In this document: positions 30,292 to 40,231 of the stretch, piece by piece
Numbering within the stretch: the stretch's first letter is position 1
How the letters are laid out: the number at the start of each line of letters is the position of its first letter
Source: Candidatus Chewarchaeum aethiopicum
GTDB taxonomy: Archaea; Halobacteriota; Halobacteria; Halobacteriales; Hikarchaeaceae
Direction: 5' to 3'
DNA: 64,000 nt
Assembly: GCA_034190395.1 (NCBI GenBank)
Contig: JAXINS010000017.1
Span: 36,179 to 100,178 of the forward strand
The notes under the pieces: generated by a model
The model's database searches: none
Told to the model about the DNA's origin: nothing
Seen by the model: only the letters and a program-made list of their open reading frames with translations
Position numbers and translations under genes: made by a program

Positions 30292-30323
30292 TACCGGATC
30301 CGAGATGCGTCCCAGAATTGAGA
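30292..30323. promoter_or_regulatory. Two tandem pseudo-palindromes upstream of ribK (candidate RbkR operators)
   Basis: TACCG-GATC-CGAGA (30292-30305) and TCCCA-GAAT-TGAGA (30310-30323), 18-bp period. Confidence 0.4.
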
Positions 30324-30336
30324 ACCAAACGACCGA

Positions 30337-31314
30337 TCAGACGTTCGCCAGCGGATCGTCGGCCCAGAACTCGCTATCCTTTTTGAGTTTTGGGACCCAG
30401 GTGTCTTCAGTCTTCGCTAACATCGCCACCCGGGATGGGGGGACTTCCTTGAGCGTGTCGTATTCGGGCAGATACTCCTGGATGGCCTCGGCGAAGTCGA
30501 CGACTTCCTCGTGGTCGGGCATCGACGACCGGTCGAGTCGACCCCGGGAGTGGCCCACGTGCATGTAAGCCTTCAGCTCGATGAAATCGGGATCGGCCCG
30601 CTGGAAAAAACCCGCAAACCAGTCGGGATGATCCATGTTCAGGCCCTTGATCGCGGTCGTTCGGAGCACCGTGCGGGTCTCGTCTTTGGCATGGAGGACA
30701 TCCAGCGTCTCGATGAGTCGTTCCCAGGCGTCGTCCTCCATCGCCCGGACGACCTTATCGAAGGTCGCCCGATCGGCGGCGTCGACGCTGACGTACAGTT
30801 GGGTCGGGTTGCATTCGGCAAGGACCTCGGGTCGAGTCCCGTTGCTGACGAGGAAGGTCGTGATATCCCGGGCATGGAATTCCTTGATGAGTTCGGGGAG
30901 ATAGGGATAGAGAGTGGGTTCACCATCGAGGCTGATCGCGACGTGACGCGGTTCCATCGCTTGCTCGAATCGCTCGCGGGGCACCTCGTCGTTGCCCCCG
31001 AAGCCCGAGAGGAGTTTGCGCTGGAGTTCGATCGAGGCATCGACGACAGCTTCGGGATCGTCCCACTCGACGCCGTCGAGCTCGTAGGCATGACCTTGGT
31101 GATCACGCCAGCAGAAGACACACCGTTCGTTACACCGGACGACCGGCGTCATCTGGATGCAGCGGTGGGATTCGATCCCATAGAAAATATTCTTGTAGCA
31201 TTTTCCCTCGCCTCGGAGGGCGTTTTTCGTCCAGCCACAGGCTTGGGCGGCCGTGTGGTCGACGCTATGGTAATCCGGATTGTCGACCTGCTTTGGCCCG
31301 TCCGATTCGCTCAT
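30337..31314 (-). CDS. tyw1: 4-demethylwyosine synthase (radical SAM)
   Basis: [44 protein letters not shown]. Confidence 0.95.
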   Translation of the reverse strand: MSESDGPKQVDNPDYHSVDHTAAQACGWTKNALRGEGKCYKNIFYGIESHRCIQMTPVVRCNERCVFCWRDHQGHAYELDGVEWDDPEAVVDASIELQRKLLSGFGGNDEVPRERFEQAMEPRHVAISLDGEPTLYPYLPELIKEFHARDITTFLVSNGTRPEVLAECNPTQLYVSVDAADRATFDKVVRAMEDDAWERLIETLDVLHAKDETRTVLRTTAIKGLNMDHPDWFAGFFQRADPDFIELKAYMHVGHSRGRLDRSSMPDHEEVVDFAEAIQEYLPEYDTLKEVPPSRVAMLAKTEDTWVPKLKKDSEFWADDPLANV

Positions 31315-31548
31315 TATCCCCTACGATGTGGTCCAAGGCTAAAACATCCTTGTGATCCGTGCAGACCGCATAGCCGAACTCCTCCGGACACACCGACAGT
31401 CAGCGGCGTCGCCGACAACGGTGTCGAAAACGGCCAGGACGTCACCGCCGTTTCGTGATCGATCCCGATCGGCTTCTCGCCGAGACATCCGCCCCGAAGG
31501 TGGGGGACACCATACAAGAATTAAATAGCTCAGTCGAAATCTGGGAAC

Positions 31549-32391
31549 ATGGATGTCCTTGTAACCGGGGCGAACGGCAAGGTCGGCACGGCGATCATCG
31601 AACACCTCCACGACGTTGACCGCTATGAGTTCACGTATCTCGATCTCGAGGACGACAACATCCCGGAGGACGCAGCCACGGTGAATGTCGATATCCGTGA
31701 CTACGACGCCCTCCGACCGCATTTCGACGGGATGGACGCGGTCGTCCATCTCGCGTTGATGCCGGGGACCGGCGGCCGACATTCACGGGAACTGGGTTGG
31801 CTGGAACCGGTGAAGGACAACCTCAAGGGCCACAACAACGTGTACAAGGCGGCGGTCGAGGCCGATCTGGACTCGATCATCTTTGCGTCCTCCCACCACG
31901 CCGTCGGGATGGTCGAAGTCCGCAATCGGCCGGAGATCTACCACGACACGAGCTACCGCATCGATGAGACGGAGCCACACCGGCCCGACTCACCCTATGG
32001 ACTGACGAAAACCTACGGCGAGGACCTCGGACGGCTGGCGAACGAAGCCCACGGCATCCGGTTTTACGCCCTCCGGATCGGGGCGGTCCTGGCACCGGAG
32101 TATGACCATCCCTACGGCTATGCCGAAATGGGCGTCGACGACGGCGAGTGGGAACGCGGGAGCGACGAATACGAGGAGCGAGTAGCTCGGCTGAAGGCGG
32201 TCTGGCAGTCCCGACGGGATCTGGCCCACATGGTCGACTGTTGTCTCCAAGACGAGACCGTCGAGTGGGACCAGTTCTACGGCGTGAGTAACAACGACAC
32301 CCGGTGGCTCGACGATCTGGATCACGCTCACGAAGTAATCGGATACGAACCACAGGACAACGGAGCGGAGTGGGACAGTCCACCGGAGTGA
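31549..32391 (+). CDS. NAD-dependent epimerase/dehydrogenase (extended SDR, uronate dehydrogenase/Azf-like)
   Basis: TGANGKVG, VHLA, FASSHH, YGLTK, RIG. Confidence 0.85.
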   Translation: MDVLVTGANGKVGTAIIEHLHDVDRYEFTYLDLEDDNIPEDAATVNVDIRDYDALRPHFDGMDAVVHLALMPGTGGRHSRELGWLEPVKDNLKGHNNVYKAAVEADLDSIIFASSHHAVGMVEVRNRPEIYHDTSYRIDETEPHRPDSPYGLTKTYGEDLGRLANEAHGIRFYALRIGAVLAPEYDHPYGYAEMGVDDGEWERGSDEYEERVARLKAVWQSRRDLAHMVDCCLQDETVEWDQFYGVSNNDTRWLDDLDHAHEVIGYEPQDNGAEWDSPPE

Positions 32392-32557
32392 ACGGGTTGG
32401 CGGACACCTCGCTACCACAGGACCCAACTCAAGCACCGGCAAGCGATCGGGACGACGAGTCATAACCGAGAAACGACCAACCGATAGACAGCACGTTGAG
32501 CCCCCAGCGACGAAGCCGAGCTCGTGAAAGCGGTCATCGACGCCGGTCAGAGGGAGC

Positions 32558-32929
32558 TCACCGCAAAAACAGGGCGAGCGCTTCGTTTGGACGCCGCCCC
32601 TTGTAGTGTTCCGTGTATCCACAGCGGGTGCAGGAAACAGTCTTGAACCGTCGGCTTTCGACATCGAGGACCCGGGACATGTCGTTGCCCGTTATCGCGA
32701 TATCATCGACCGTGGCGTCCATATAGCCACATTTCGTACAGCCGGCCGGTTCATCAACGAACTCCGAGAGATCGACATCCTCACCATCGTTTCTCACGAT
32801 GAGATCCTCGTCGGCCGACTCCGCTTCGCTAAGCGACGCATTACACTTCCGACAGAACGACCAATCCGCGGATGCTTTCGTCCCGCATTCAGGGCAGTGG
32901 ACGTACGAACGTTCGTCCGTGGGGGCCAT
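32558..32929 (-). CDS. Double zinc-ribbon protein
   Basis: CPECG..CRKC followed by CTKCG..CTRCGYTE. Confidence 0.8.
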   Translation of the reverse strand: MAPTDERSYVHCPECGTKASADWSFCRKCNASLSEAESADEDLIVRNDGEDVDLSEFVDEPAGCTKCGYMDATVDDIAITGNDMSRVLDVESRRFKTVSCTRCGYTEHYKGRRPNEALALFLR

Positions 32930-33034
32930 GCGGAGGGCTTACTCGGACAGCGTGAAAGTGTTTGACGCTTACTCGCCGATTGGCGATTCCGTATCGTCAC
33001 AGCACTGGAGGGTGTTTTGAGGAGGAATTGTGGA

Positions 33035-33173
33035 GAGACCGGTAACCGAAACCGAACGGGAAAGGGCGTGGTGGAAAGAACAGGGCGGGTTTGCCAACCC
33101 CTGTGCTTCCACTGGGGATTCGGCCGTCGTCTATCGGTTAGGGAGGTGGATTGACCACTTTCACTCCGGTCTC
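33035..33173. ncRNA. Candidate structured RNA (unknown family)
   Basis: Several nested complementary segments in an intergenic gap, e.g. GAGACCGG/CCGGTCTC, TAACCGA/TCGGTTA, GTGGAA/TTCCAC, ACAGGG/CCCTGT. Confidence 0.35.
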
Positions 33174-33425
33174 GATCGGGCGGATATTGCCGGTCGCAGT
33201 CCGTTGACGGTCCGTCGTGTCGCTACGGGTTGTCACTCCCGGATCGGCGATGACGGACAGAAAAATCGACGGAATTACTCAAGAGACAGAGCGATCCGCT
33301 TGGGGGAAACAAACACCGAGCCAATGGCTCGGCACGTCGTTCATAGCTATTCCTTGTGACGAGAGGCACTTAAAGAACAGCCGATCGGCGGGGTGTTTAT
33401 TTACGATTGGCTTCAATAATGTAAT

Positions 33426-33632
33426 ATGGTAACACACGGCATAGATGGGAAAACACCGCTCGATCGGCTCCGAAAACGCTACGAGACCACTGAGACGAAG
33501 TGTCCGAAGTGTGGGTTCGTCGACGACGCCGGAAATTGGACGAGTCGAACCGACGGGAGGCGGATCGTCTATCACCACATCTGTCCGAGTTGTGGTGCCG
33601 ACCGAGACCACGTCTTCACGCTCGACCGGTAG
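33426..33632 (+). CDS. Small CPxCG zinc-finger protein
   Basis: CPKCG ... CPSCG. TATA-like TTTATTTA ~25 nt upstream. Confidence 0.85.
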   Translation: MVTHGIDGKTPLDRLRKRYETTETKCPKCGFVDDAGNWTSRTDGRRIVYHHICPSCGADRDHVFTLDR

Positions 33633-33753
33633 CGGTCCCGATCCATCCGATCCGACAGCACTGAGGGGCGCTGTCGCTCAGCAGTTCGTTCGTATCTAAT
33701 GCTTGTAACGAGAAGCACTTAAATGGAAATACGGGGTGGGCGCGCGGCAACCG

Positions 33754-35358
33754 CTAGTGGCCGGCCCGAACGACCGATCCGGGGTGGGCGTCGGTCGTCT
33801 CGCCGTCCCGAACGACTGGGACGCCGTTGACGATGACGTGAGGCAATCCGACCGGGAACCGGGTCGGCTCTTCGAATGTCGCCCGGCTGGCGATACGGGC
33901 GGGATCGAAAACGACGAGGTCGGCGTCCATCCCTGGTCTGATCACGCCCTTCCGTTGGAACCCCATCGCCCGGGCGGGTAATGACGTCATCTTCCGGACG
34001 GCCTCCTCGATCGTCAGCAGATTCCGTTCGCGGACGTAGTGACCGAGCACCCGGGGGTAGGTCCCATAGACCCGCGGATGGGGCGACCCACCGAACAACC
34101 CATCAGTCGCGACGTTTACCCGCTCGTATTCGAGGATTTCCTGGACATCGGGTTCGTCGAGCATATGGATGACCATCGAAGCACCCAGTTCCTCCTCAAG
34201 CAGGATATCACAGACCGTCTCGATGAGCTCGGCGTCCCGATCGGCGGCGATCTCGGCGATCGATTGGCCCTCGATATCGGCGTTTGCCTCGGTATTGACG
34301 TGGGAGACGACGATGTTCTCCCAGCCACTGAGGGCACCGATGTTCTCCCAGCCGTCGATGCGCCACTCGGTGATATCCCGCCGGATCCGCTCGCGGGCCT
34401 CGGAGTCGTCGAGGTAGGCGAGGGCCTGCTCGGTGCCATCGGCGTGGACCCACGGCGGGAGGACGGCCGAGAGCATCGTGCTCGCGGCGGTGTAGGGATA
34501 CTGCTCGACGGTGAAATCGACCCCCCGTTCGCGGGCTGCCTCGATGAGCTCGATCGCCCGGTCGGCCTTTCCGTGCTGTTCGGTGCCGGCGACCTTGAAA
34601 TGGGAGAGGTGCAAGGGGACGCCGGTTTCGGCGCCGATATCGATGAACTCATCGAGCCCGTCCCAGATCCACCGACCTTCCGATCGGATGTGGGCGACGA
34701 ACGGCCGGCCGTATGTCCCCAGCCGGGCGGCCAACGTCTGAACTTCGTCGGTGGTGGCATTCGAATGTGGCGCATAGATCAACCCCGTCGAAAAGCCAAC
34801 GGCGCCGTCCTCAAGCGCTTCGGTGACAAGATCGGCCATCCGGTCGAGTTCCGCGGCATCGGGTGCCCGATCGGCCATACCGAGGACCTCAAAGCGGACC
34901 GTCCCGTGGCCGACCAGCGAGGCGACGTTGGGGCCGAGCCCGTTGGCCTCGATAGCGTCGAAATACTCCGCCATCGATTGCCAGGACCAATCGAGATCGA
35001 CGCTGCCGGCAAGCGCGCTGAGATGGCGCTGCCACTCGGCCGGCGCGTCCGGACGATATAGCGGTGCCATCGAGAAGCCGTCCTGGCCGAGGATTTCGGT
35101 GGTGATACCCTGTCTGATCTTCGGCTCTAAGGCGGGATCGGCGAACAGTTGTAGATCCGAGTGTGAGTGGGTATCGACGAACCCCGGACAGACGACGGCG
35201 CCGTCGGCGTCGATCGTCTCGGCGGCGTCGAGACCGGGATCGGCCGCTCGACTGACGGTGGCGATCGTGCCGTCGCGGACGCCGATCGCCCCACGGAACC
35301 ACGGGGCCCCGGTACCGTCGACGACTTTCGCATTGTGGACGAGGAGATCGTAGGCCAT
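33754..35358 (-). CDS. N-acyl-D-amino-acid deacylase (D-aminoacylase) family
   Basis: VVDGTG, PGFVDTHSHSD, GFSTGLIYAP, HIRSE, HLSHFK, HPRVYGTYPR. Confidence 0.92.
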   Translation of the reverse strand: MAYDLLVHNAKVVDGTGAPWFRGAIGVRDGTIATVSRAADPGLDAAETIDADGAVVCPGFVDTHSHSDLQLFADPALEPKIRQGITTEILGQDGFSMAPLYRPDAPAEWQRHLSALAGSVDLDWSWQSMAEYFDAIEANGLGPNVASLVGHGTVRFEVLGMADRAPDAAELDRMADLVTEALEDGAVGFSTGLIYAPHSNATTDEVQTLAARLGTYGRPFVAHIRSEGRWIWDGLDEFIDIGAETGVPLHLSHFKVAGTEQHGKADRAIELIEAARERGVDFTVEQYPYTAASTMLSAVLPPWVHADGTEQALAYLDDSEARERIRRDITEWRIDGWENIGALSGWENIVVSHVNTEANADIEGQSIAEIAADRDAELIETVCDILLEEELGASMVIHMLDEPDVQEILEYERVNVATDGLFGGSPHPRVYGTYPRVLGHYVRERNLLTIEEAVRKMTSLPARAMGFQRKGVIRPGMDADLVVFDPARIASRATFEEPTRFPVGLPHVIVNGVPVVRDGETTDAHPGSVVRAGH

Positions 35359-35395
35359 GGCGCCCACTCGACGGGGGCGGGCAAAAAACTAGAGC

Positions 35396-37384
35396 CTAGT
35401 AGCCATGTTGGGCCCAGGATTCGTCGAACAGGGTCGTTCCATCGACCGTGATCGTCGTCGCCAGCTGGATGAGGTCCTGCGTGACTCGACTCCGGGAGTC
35501 GATCACGACCGTCTCGGAGTCATAATCGATGGTCGCGGTGATGGCACGGCTGATCTCGACGGTCATCGGATCATGGGCCGCCACCGAGGTCGTGGTCTCC
35601 GACTCCCACTCGAGGTCGGCATACGGGAGCTCGGTCTCGCTGTCGCTGGTGACCGTCACCGTCACCGAGTCGTCGACGTGGCTACGGGTTGTCCGCCAGT
35701 CGGTCTCGTCGCGCCGAACGAGGGGTGAGGTCACCGGCACGGCGTCGTCCGGTGGCGCCATCTCGATCGTATCATCGAAGCGAGCACCGTCTTCGTGGAC
35801 CTGGCCGGGCAGGGAAAGCGTGGAAGGCTCGGCAGGCGTCGAGTGAAAGACGAACGAGCCCTGTTCGCGGGGCGGCATCATTCCCGGGAACAACCCGGCA
35901 CTGATCGCAAGGCGGATCCGGTGGCCGGCCTCGAAGAGATGGGAGTTCGGTCGCAGTGAAAGGGTGACCTCGTACTCCTCGCCCGGCGTGAGCGGCTCCG
36001 GCTCCGAATCGCTGTTGCGGTGGCTCACCCGGCATTCACGGTGGGTGACTAGATGGGCGGTTCCGTCGGGAGCGACGTCAATAAGCCGCACCGAGAGGTT
36101 CGGATCGGCCGTCGTCGCCGTCAGCCGTAACGTGACCTCACCCGTGCCGGTGGTCTCGATCGGATCGCTGAGGGGGTCGGTCTCGAAGACGACCGATCGG
36201 GCATCGTCGGCGCTCGTATCGGATGGCGGACAGACCGTCTGGATGACGGTCTCGGCGGAGTGGACACCGACGGTGTGATCGTATTCGTACTCGCGTTCGA
36301 CGACACCGTCGGTGTAGCCGTCCGCCTCGGTAAGCCCGTCGGGTGTCAACGCGAACTCAAGCGTCGTGTCGGTATCGACGGTCGGCCAGTCCTCCCGGCC
36401 TCGCCAAACGCCGCCGTCGACGGTCCCACCGCCGTCGCGTTCGGTCCAGTACTCGATCGTTGGATGTGCCAGGGCATCGTTGTCGGCGTCCTTGAGGAAG
36501 TGATCGAACCACTCGACCATCTGGCGGCGGAGGTCGACCGCCGATTCGCGGCCGGCGTACGGAAGGTTGTGGCGCCACGGACCCAGGAGCAGGCGTTTCT
36601 CGCCGCCCAACTGGGGGAAATATTCCATGGTCGCGGTGGTAAAGAGGTCCCGCCACCCGGTCATCGCAAACGTCGGCACGTCGATCCGATCGACGGGGAT
36701 GTCCTCGCCCTGCCAGTAGGCGTTCCTCGTATCGTGTTCGACGAGCTGGAACAACCAGGGCGTTCCCTCCCGCAGTTCATCGAGGTGATCCTCCCACGCC
36801 TCGGCCCAGCGGCCCTCGTTGTCACGGGGGGAGGGGGGCATCGCCTGTTGGACCTGCATCATCGGCCCCCACCCGCCGGCCATCCGATAGAGTTCAGCGG
36901 CGCCGCCGTGGGTGTGGGCTCGGTACATCGTGTGGGTTGCGTGGATCGGCACGATCGCCTCGAGCGGGGCCGGCCGTTCGGCGGCGGCCCGAAGTGTCGT
37001 CTCGCCGCCATACGAGAGGCCATACATCCCGATACGGCCGTTCGTCCAGTCCTGATCGGCGAGCCAGTCGACGATCGCGGCCGCCTGTGGCCCTTCGTCG
37101 GCCGTGAACGGCTCGGGCTTGCGTCCGCTTGAGGCACCGGTGCCGACGATGTCGGCGGCAACGACCTCGTAGCCGTGGGCAGCGAGATACTTGTTCATCG
37201 GATCATAACTCGCGTATGAGAAATCACCCCGTCGGTAGGGGAGATACATGAGCAATCCCGGGACCGGACCGTCGGTGTCCTGTGGTGCATAGCGGGTTGC
37301 CGCGACGGTCTCGTCGCCCAGCGGGATCAGCAGGTCGTCCGTTCGTGCAATAGTTGAGCCAGCGATCGTCTCCGTGAGAGCCAT
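35396..37384 (-). CDS. CocE/NonD family alpha/beta hydrolase
   Basis: LPYRR, GTGASSG, GLSYGG nucleophile, GWRD, GPWRH, PepX_C-like domain. Confidence 0.92.
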   Translation of the reverse strand: MALTETIAGSTIARTDDLLIPLGDETVAATRYAPQDTDGPVPGLLMYLPYRRGDFSYASYDPMNKYLAAHGYEVVAADIVGTGASSGRKPEPFTADEGPQAAAIVDWLADQDWTNGRIGMYGLSYGGETTLRAAAERPAPLEAIVPIHATHTMYRAHTHGGAAELYRMAGGWGPMMQVQQAMPPSPRDNEGRWAEAWEDHLDELREGTPWLFQLVEHDTRNAYWQGEDIPVDRIDVPTFAMTGWRDLFTTATMEYFPQLGGEKRLLLGPWRHNLPYAGRESAVDLRRQMVEWFDHFLKDADNDALAHPTIEYWTERDGGGTVDGGVWRGREDWPTVDTDTTLEFALTPDGLTEADGYTDGVVEREYEYDHTVGVHSAETVIQTVCPPSDTSADDARSVVFETDPLSDPIETTGTGEVTLRLTATTADPNLSVRLIDVAPDGTAHLVTHRECRVSHRNSDSEPEPLTPGEEYEVTLSLRPNSHLFEAGHRIRLAISAGLFPGMMPPREQGSFVFHSTPAEPSTLSLPGQVHEDGARFDDTIEMAPPDDAVPVTSPLVRRDETDWRTTRSHVDDSVTVTVTSDSETELPYADLEWESETTTSVAAHDPMTVEISRAITATIDYDSETVVIDSRSRVTQDLIQLATTITVDGTTLFDESWAQHGY

Positions 37385-37446
37385 GCCATGGCGTTGCCCA
37401 CCGGTGTGCTAAAAGGTATACGTCAGTGGCAACCCGTGATATCGCC

Positions 37447-38637
37447 TCAATCGACGGCGCTCAACCAGATCAATACGCCAGCGCTCGCCAGCAAACAGAG
37501 CAAGAATCCACTGAAGGCGAGCGTATAGCTCGCGAACCCGGCGATAACGCCCACGTACGTCGGTCCGATGCTCGAAAGCCCCTCGTAGACGGTCTTGAAC
37601 GCACCCAGATCGCCGCCTTTGTTCGTATCCGGGAAGATGTCCATCAGATAGGCCTGCAACACCGGCGGGAACGCCATGAACCCGGCCGCATAGACGAGGA
37701 TACCGGCCCAGATCAGCGGCACCGAAGGCGCCAGGATGAGCAGGCCCAACCCGAGGAGGCTCACTAGGGTCGCGAGTCCACCGACCAACCGGCGATCCCA
37801 CCGATCGCTGATCGTACCCGAAAGCGGCTGGACGACGATGCCGACCGCAAACAGCGTCGCGAACCCGCCGCTTGCAAACGCCGGTGAGAACCCCTTCGTC
37901 GCCTGGAGGAACGCCGGCAGAAAACTCAGCGTGCCCTCCCACACGAAGATCACGAGCGTGTACGCGACGACGAGCCAGCGGACGTGGCGGTCCCCGAAGA
38001 CCCGCCGGATAGTCTCACGAATGTTCGTGTCGACCCAGCCGACCGTATAGGACTCCCGGCTGGTGACGTGAAAGAGCACCACGATCGCAAGCAACAACAC
38101 CACGACCGGGAGGAAGGCCAGTTGCCAGGCGCCCATCGAGAGGGCGACGACGGCCAGCCCGGCGGCAGCGATGGAACCGATCCGGGAAATGGCGCTGTTG
38201 GCGCCAAAGGCCCGCCCCCGTTTGGCGACGAACAGATCGGACAGCAACACCCGCTCGGCGACGAAGAAAAACGCCGATCCGATGCCAAGCAACGCCGTCG
38301 CAAGCAAAAAGAGCGGATAGACCCAGACCTGTGTCAGCAACGCAAAGCCCCCGACCATCACGACGAGGCCGAAGACGATGGCCGTTTTCCGGGAGAGCCG
38401 GTCGGCGGCACGACCGCTTGGATACTGAAAGACCGCAAACGCGATCCGCATCACCGTCAGCGCGAAGCCGGCGGCGGCCGGTGAAATCGCCAAGCCATCG
38501 ATGATCGCCGGCAGCAACGGTGGGAGCGCCTGGCGGCCGAGATTGGCGACGAGCGTCCCGATCGCGATGACGATGAACACGCGACCGGAGTAGCCGGTGA
38601 GCAACCGTTCGTCGCGACCGTCGGTTTCAGCGGACAT
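37447..38637 (-). CDS. MFS transporter
   Basis: 12 TM helices, GRAADRLSRK and GTISDRWDRR motif-A variants. Confidence 0.9.
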   Translation of the reverse strand: MSAETDGRDERLLTGYSGRVFIVIAIGTLVANLGRQALPPLLPAIIDGLAISPAAAGFALTVMRIAFAVFQYPSGRAADRLSRKTAIVFGLVVMVGGFALLTQVWVYPLFLLATALLGIGSAFFFVAERVLLSDLFVAKRGRAFGANSAISRIGSIAAAGLAVVALSMGAWQLAFLPVVVLLLAIVVLFHVTSRESYTVGWVDTNIRETIRRVFGDRHVRWLVVAYTLVIFVWEGTLSFLPAFLQATKGFSPAFASGGFATLFAVGIVVQPLSGTISDRWDRRLVGGLATLVSLLGLGLLILAPSVPLIWAGILVYAAGFMAFPPVLQAYLMDIFPDTNKGGDLGAFKTVYEGLSSIGPTYVGVIAGFASYTLAFSGFLLCLLASAGVLIWLSAVD

Positions 38638-38878
38638 TATTGCTCAATCAGGGAAACGCGGTGTAGTGACCCCCGGATCGGACAGCGAACACACCGTTCA
38701 TCGCACGGTGAACGGGGCTCCGGTATCAGTCTCACTATCTCCCGGCGGACCGACCCGTGGCCGAAGCGAAGCTTCGAGGGACTGACATCCAGTCGAACAC
38801 GGCTGGAAGCGACCGAGTGCAACCGGATCGACGGGCCGCGGCCAACGGACTTTTCAGTTTAAAACGAAAAATAATGAT

Positions 38879-39178
38879 ATGTACGATCTCACTGCCTTCC
38901 AACGGGATCTTCTCTACGCCATCGCCGGGGAGGAGACACCCCATGGCCTTGCGATCAAGGAGACCTTAGAGACGTACTACGACGAGGAGATCCATCACGG
39001 CCGGCTCTATCCGAATCTCGACCAGCTGGTCGTCAAAGGCCTCGTCGCCAAAGAACAACAGGACGGCCGGACGAACGAGTACGCGCTCACCGACCGGGGC
39101 CGGCGGGAGATCACCGCCCGCCGGGAGTGGGAGGATGGGTATCTCGGAGACGAATCGATCGAAGCCGAACCCGCCTGA
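38879..39178 (+). CDS. PadR-family wHTH regulator (haloarchaeal type)
   Basis: DLTAFQRDLL, HGLAIK, HGRLYPNLD.LV.KG, RTNEY. Confidence 0.92.
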   Translation: MYDLTAFQRDLLYAIAGEETPHGLAIKETLETYYDEEIHHGRLYPNLDQLVVKGLVAKEQQDGRTNEYALTDRGRREITARREWEDGYLGDESIEAEPA

Positions 39179-39184
39179 CCGAGG

Positions 39185-40231
39185 CTAATTCTCGCAAAGG
39201 GACCGGGCAGTATCAGTGAGCACCGTCACGGCGCGGTCGTACTCAGTCAGCGACAGCCGTTCGTCCGGGGCGTGATCGAGATTGGAGTCCCCCGGACCGT
39301 AGGTCGCCATCGGACAGTCCCACTTCTCGGCAAAGAGGTTCATGTCGGCGGTCCCGGTCTTTCGGAGCAGGCGGGGATCGCCGTCGGCCCGGCGGATCGC
39401 CCCCCGGAGGGCCCGGGCGGGCGGTGCCCGGTGATCACACATCACCGGCGGGATCGCGGTCGACCACTCGATCGAACCGGTCGTGAGCGCGTCGGTGGCC
39501 GTCGTTTTGACCGATTCGATGGTCGTCCCGGTCGGAATCCGAAACTGAGCGTCGAGGGTCGCCTCGACGGCAAAGCCGTCATCGGTCAGGCCACCCTGGA
39601 TCGCCGTGGCCTTGGGCGTGACCTGTTCGACGACCGGTGTGTCCGCGTCGGTGGCGTATCGCTCACGGAGCGTCTGCCACCAGTCCATCGCGTCCTCGAC
39701 GGCGTTGTTCTCGGGCCGGGAGGAGTGTCGGGAGTCGCTGGTGGTGGTGTACGTGCCCGCGAGCATCCCCCGATAGCCGAGCGTGATCGCGTCCCAACCG
39801 CTCGGTTCGCCGTTGATGACGGCAGCCGGGGCGTCCCGATCGGCGATCAGGTGACGGGCGCCACGGGAGTCGGCCTCCTCGCCGACGACGCCCGCGAAAC
39901 TGACGCCGGTACGAGCGGCCGCGACCGCCATCGCCGCCAACGGCCCCTTCGCATCGACGCTCCCCCGGCCCCAGAGCGTCCCGTCCTCGATTCGAACCGG
40001 GATGTCCCCGGGCACGGTGTCGATATGGGAGGTGTACAACACGGCATCGTCGGCCGGCGCTCGGACGTTCCCGACGGTGTCGATCCAGACGTCCCGGTCG
40101 GTATGCGTCTCGAAAAAGGCCTCCAGCCGCTCGGCACAGGCCCGTTCCTCGCCGCTCGGCGATGGGATGTCGACGAGATCGGAGACGAGTTCGCGGGCGA
40201 CGGCGTCGTCGATCGAGCCCGTTTCGGCCAT
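39185..40231 (-). CDS. lysK: [LysW]-ornithine/lysine hydrolase (M20)
   Basis: SHIDTVPG, GRGSVDAKG, GEE.DS.GA, GEPSG, KTGTADMN, YGPGDS.LDH. Confidence 0.93.
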   Translation of the reverse strand: MAETGSIDDAVARELVSDLVDIPSPSGEERACAERLEAFFETHTDRDVWIDTVGNVRAPADDAVLYTSHIDTVPGDIPVRIEDGTLWGRGSVDAKGPLAAMAVAAARTGVSFAGVVGEEADSRGARHLIADRDAPAAVINGEPSGWDAITLGYRGMLAGTYTTTSDSRHSSRPENNAVEDAMDWWQTLRERYATDADTPVVEQVTPKATAIQGGLTDDGFAVEATLDAQFRIPTGTTIESVKTTATDALTTGSIEWSTAIPPVMCDHRAPPARALRGAIRRADGDPRLLRKTGTADMNLFAEKWDCPMATYGPGDSNLDHAPDERLSLTEYDRAVTVLTDTARSLCEN

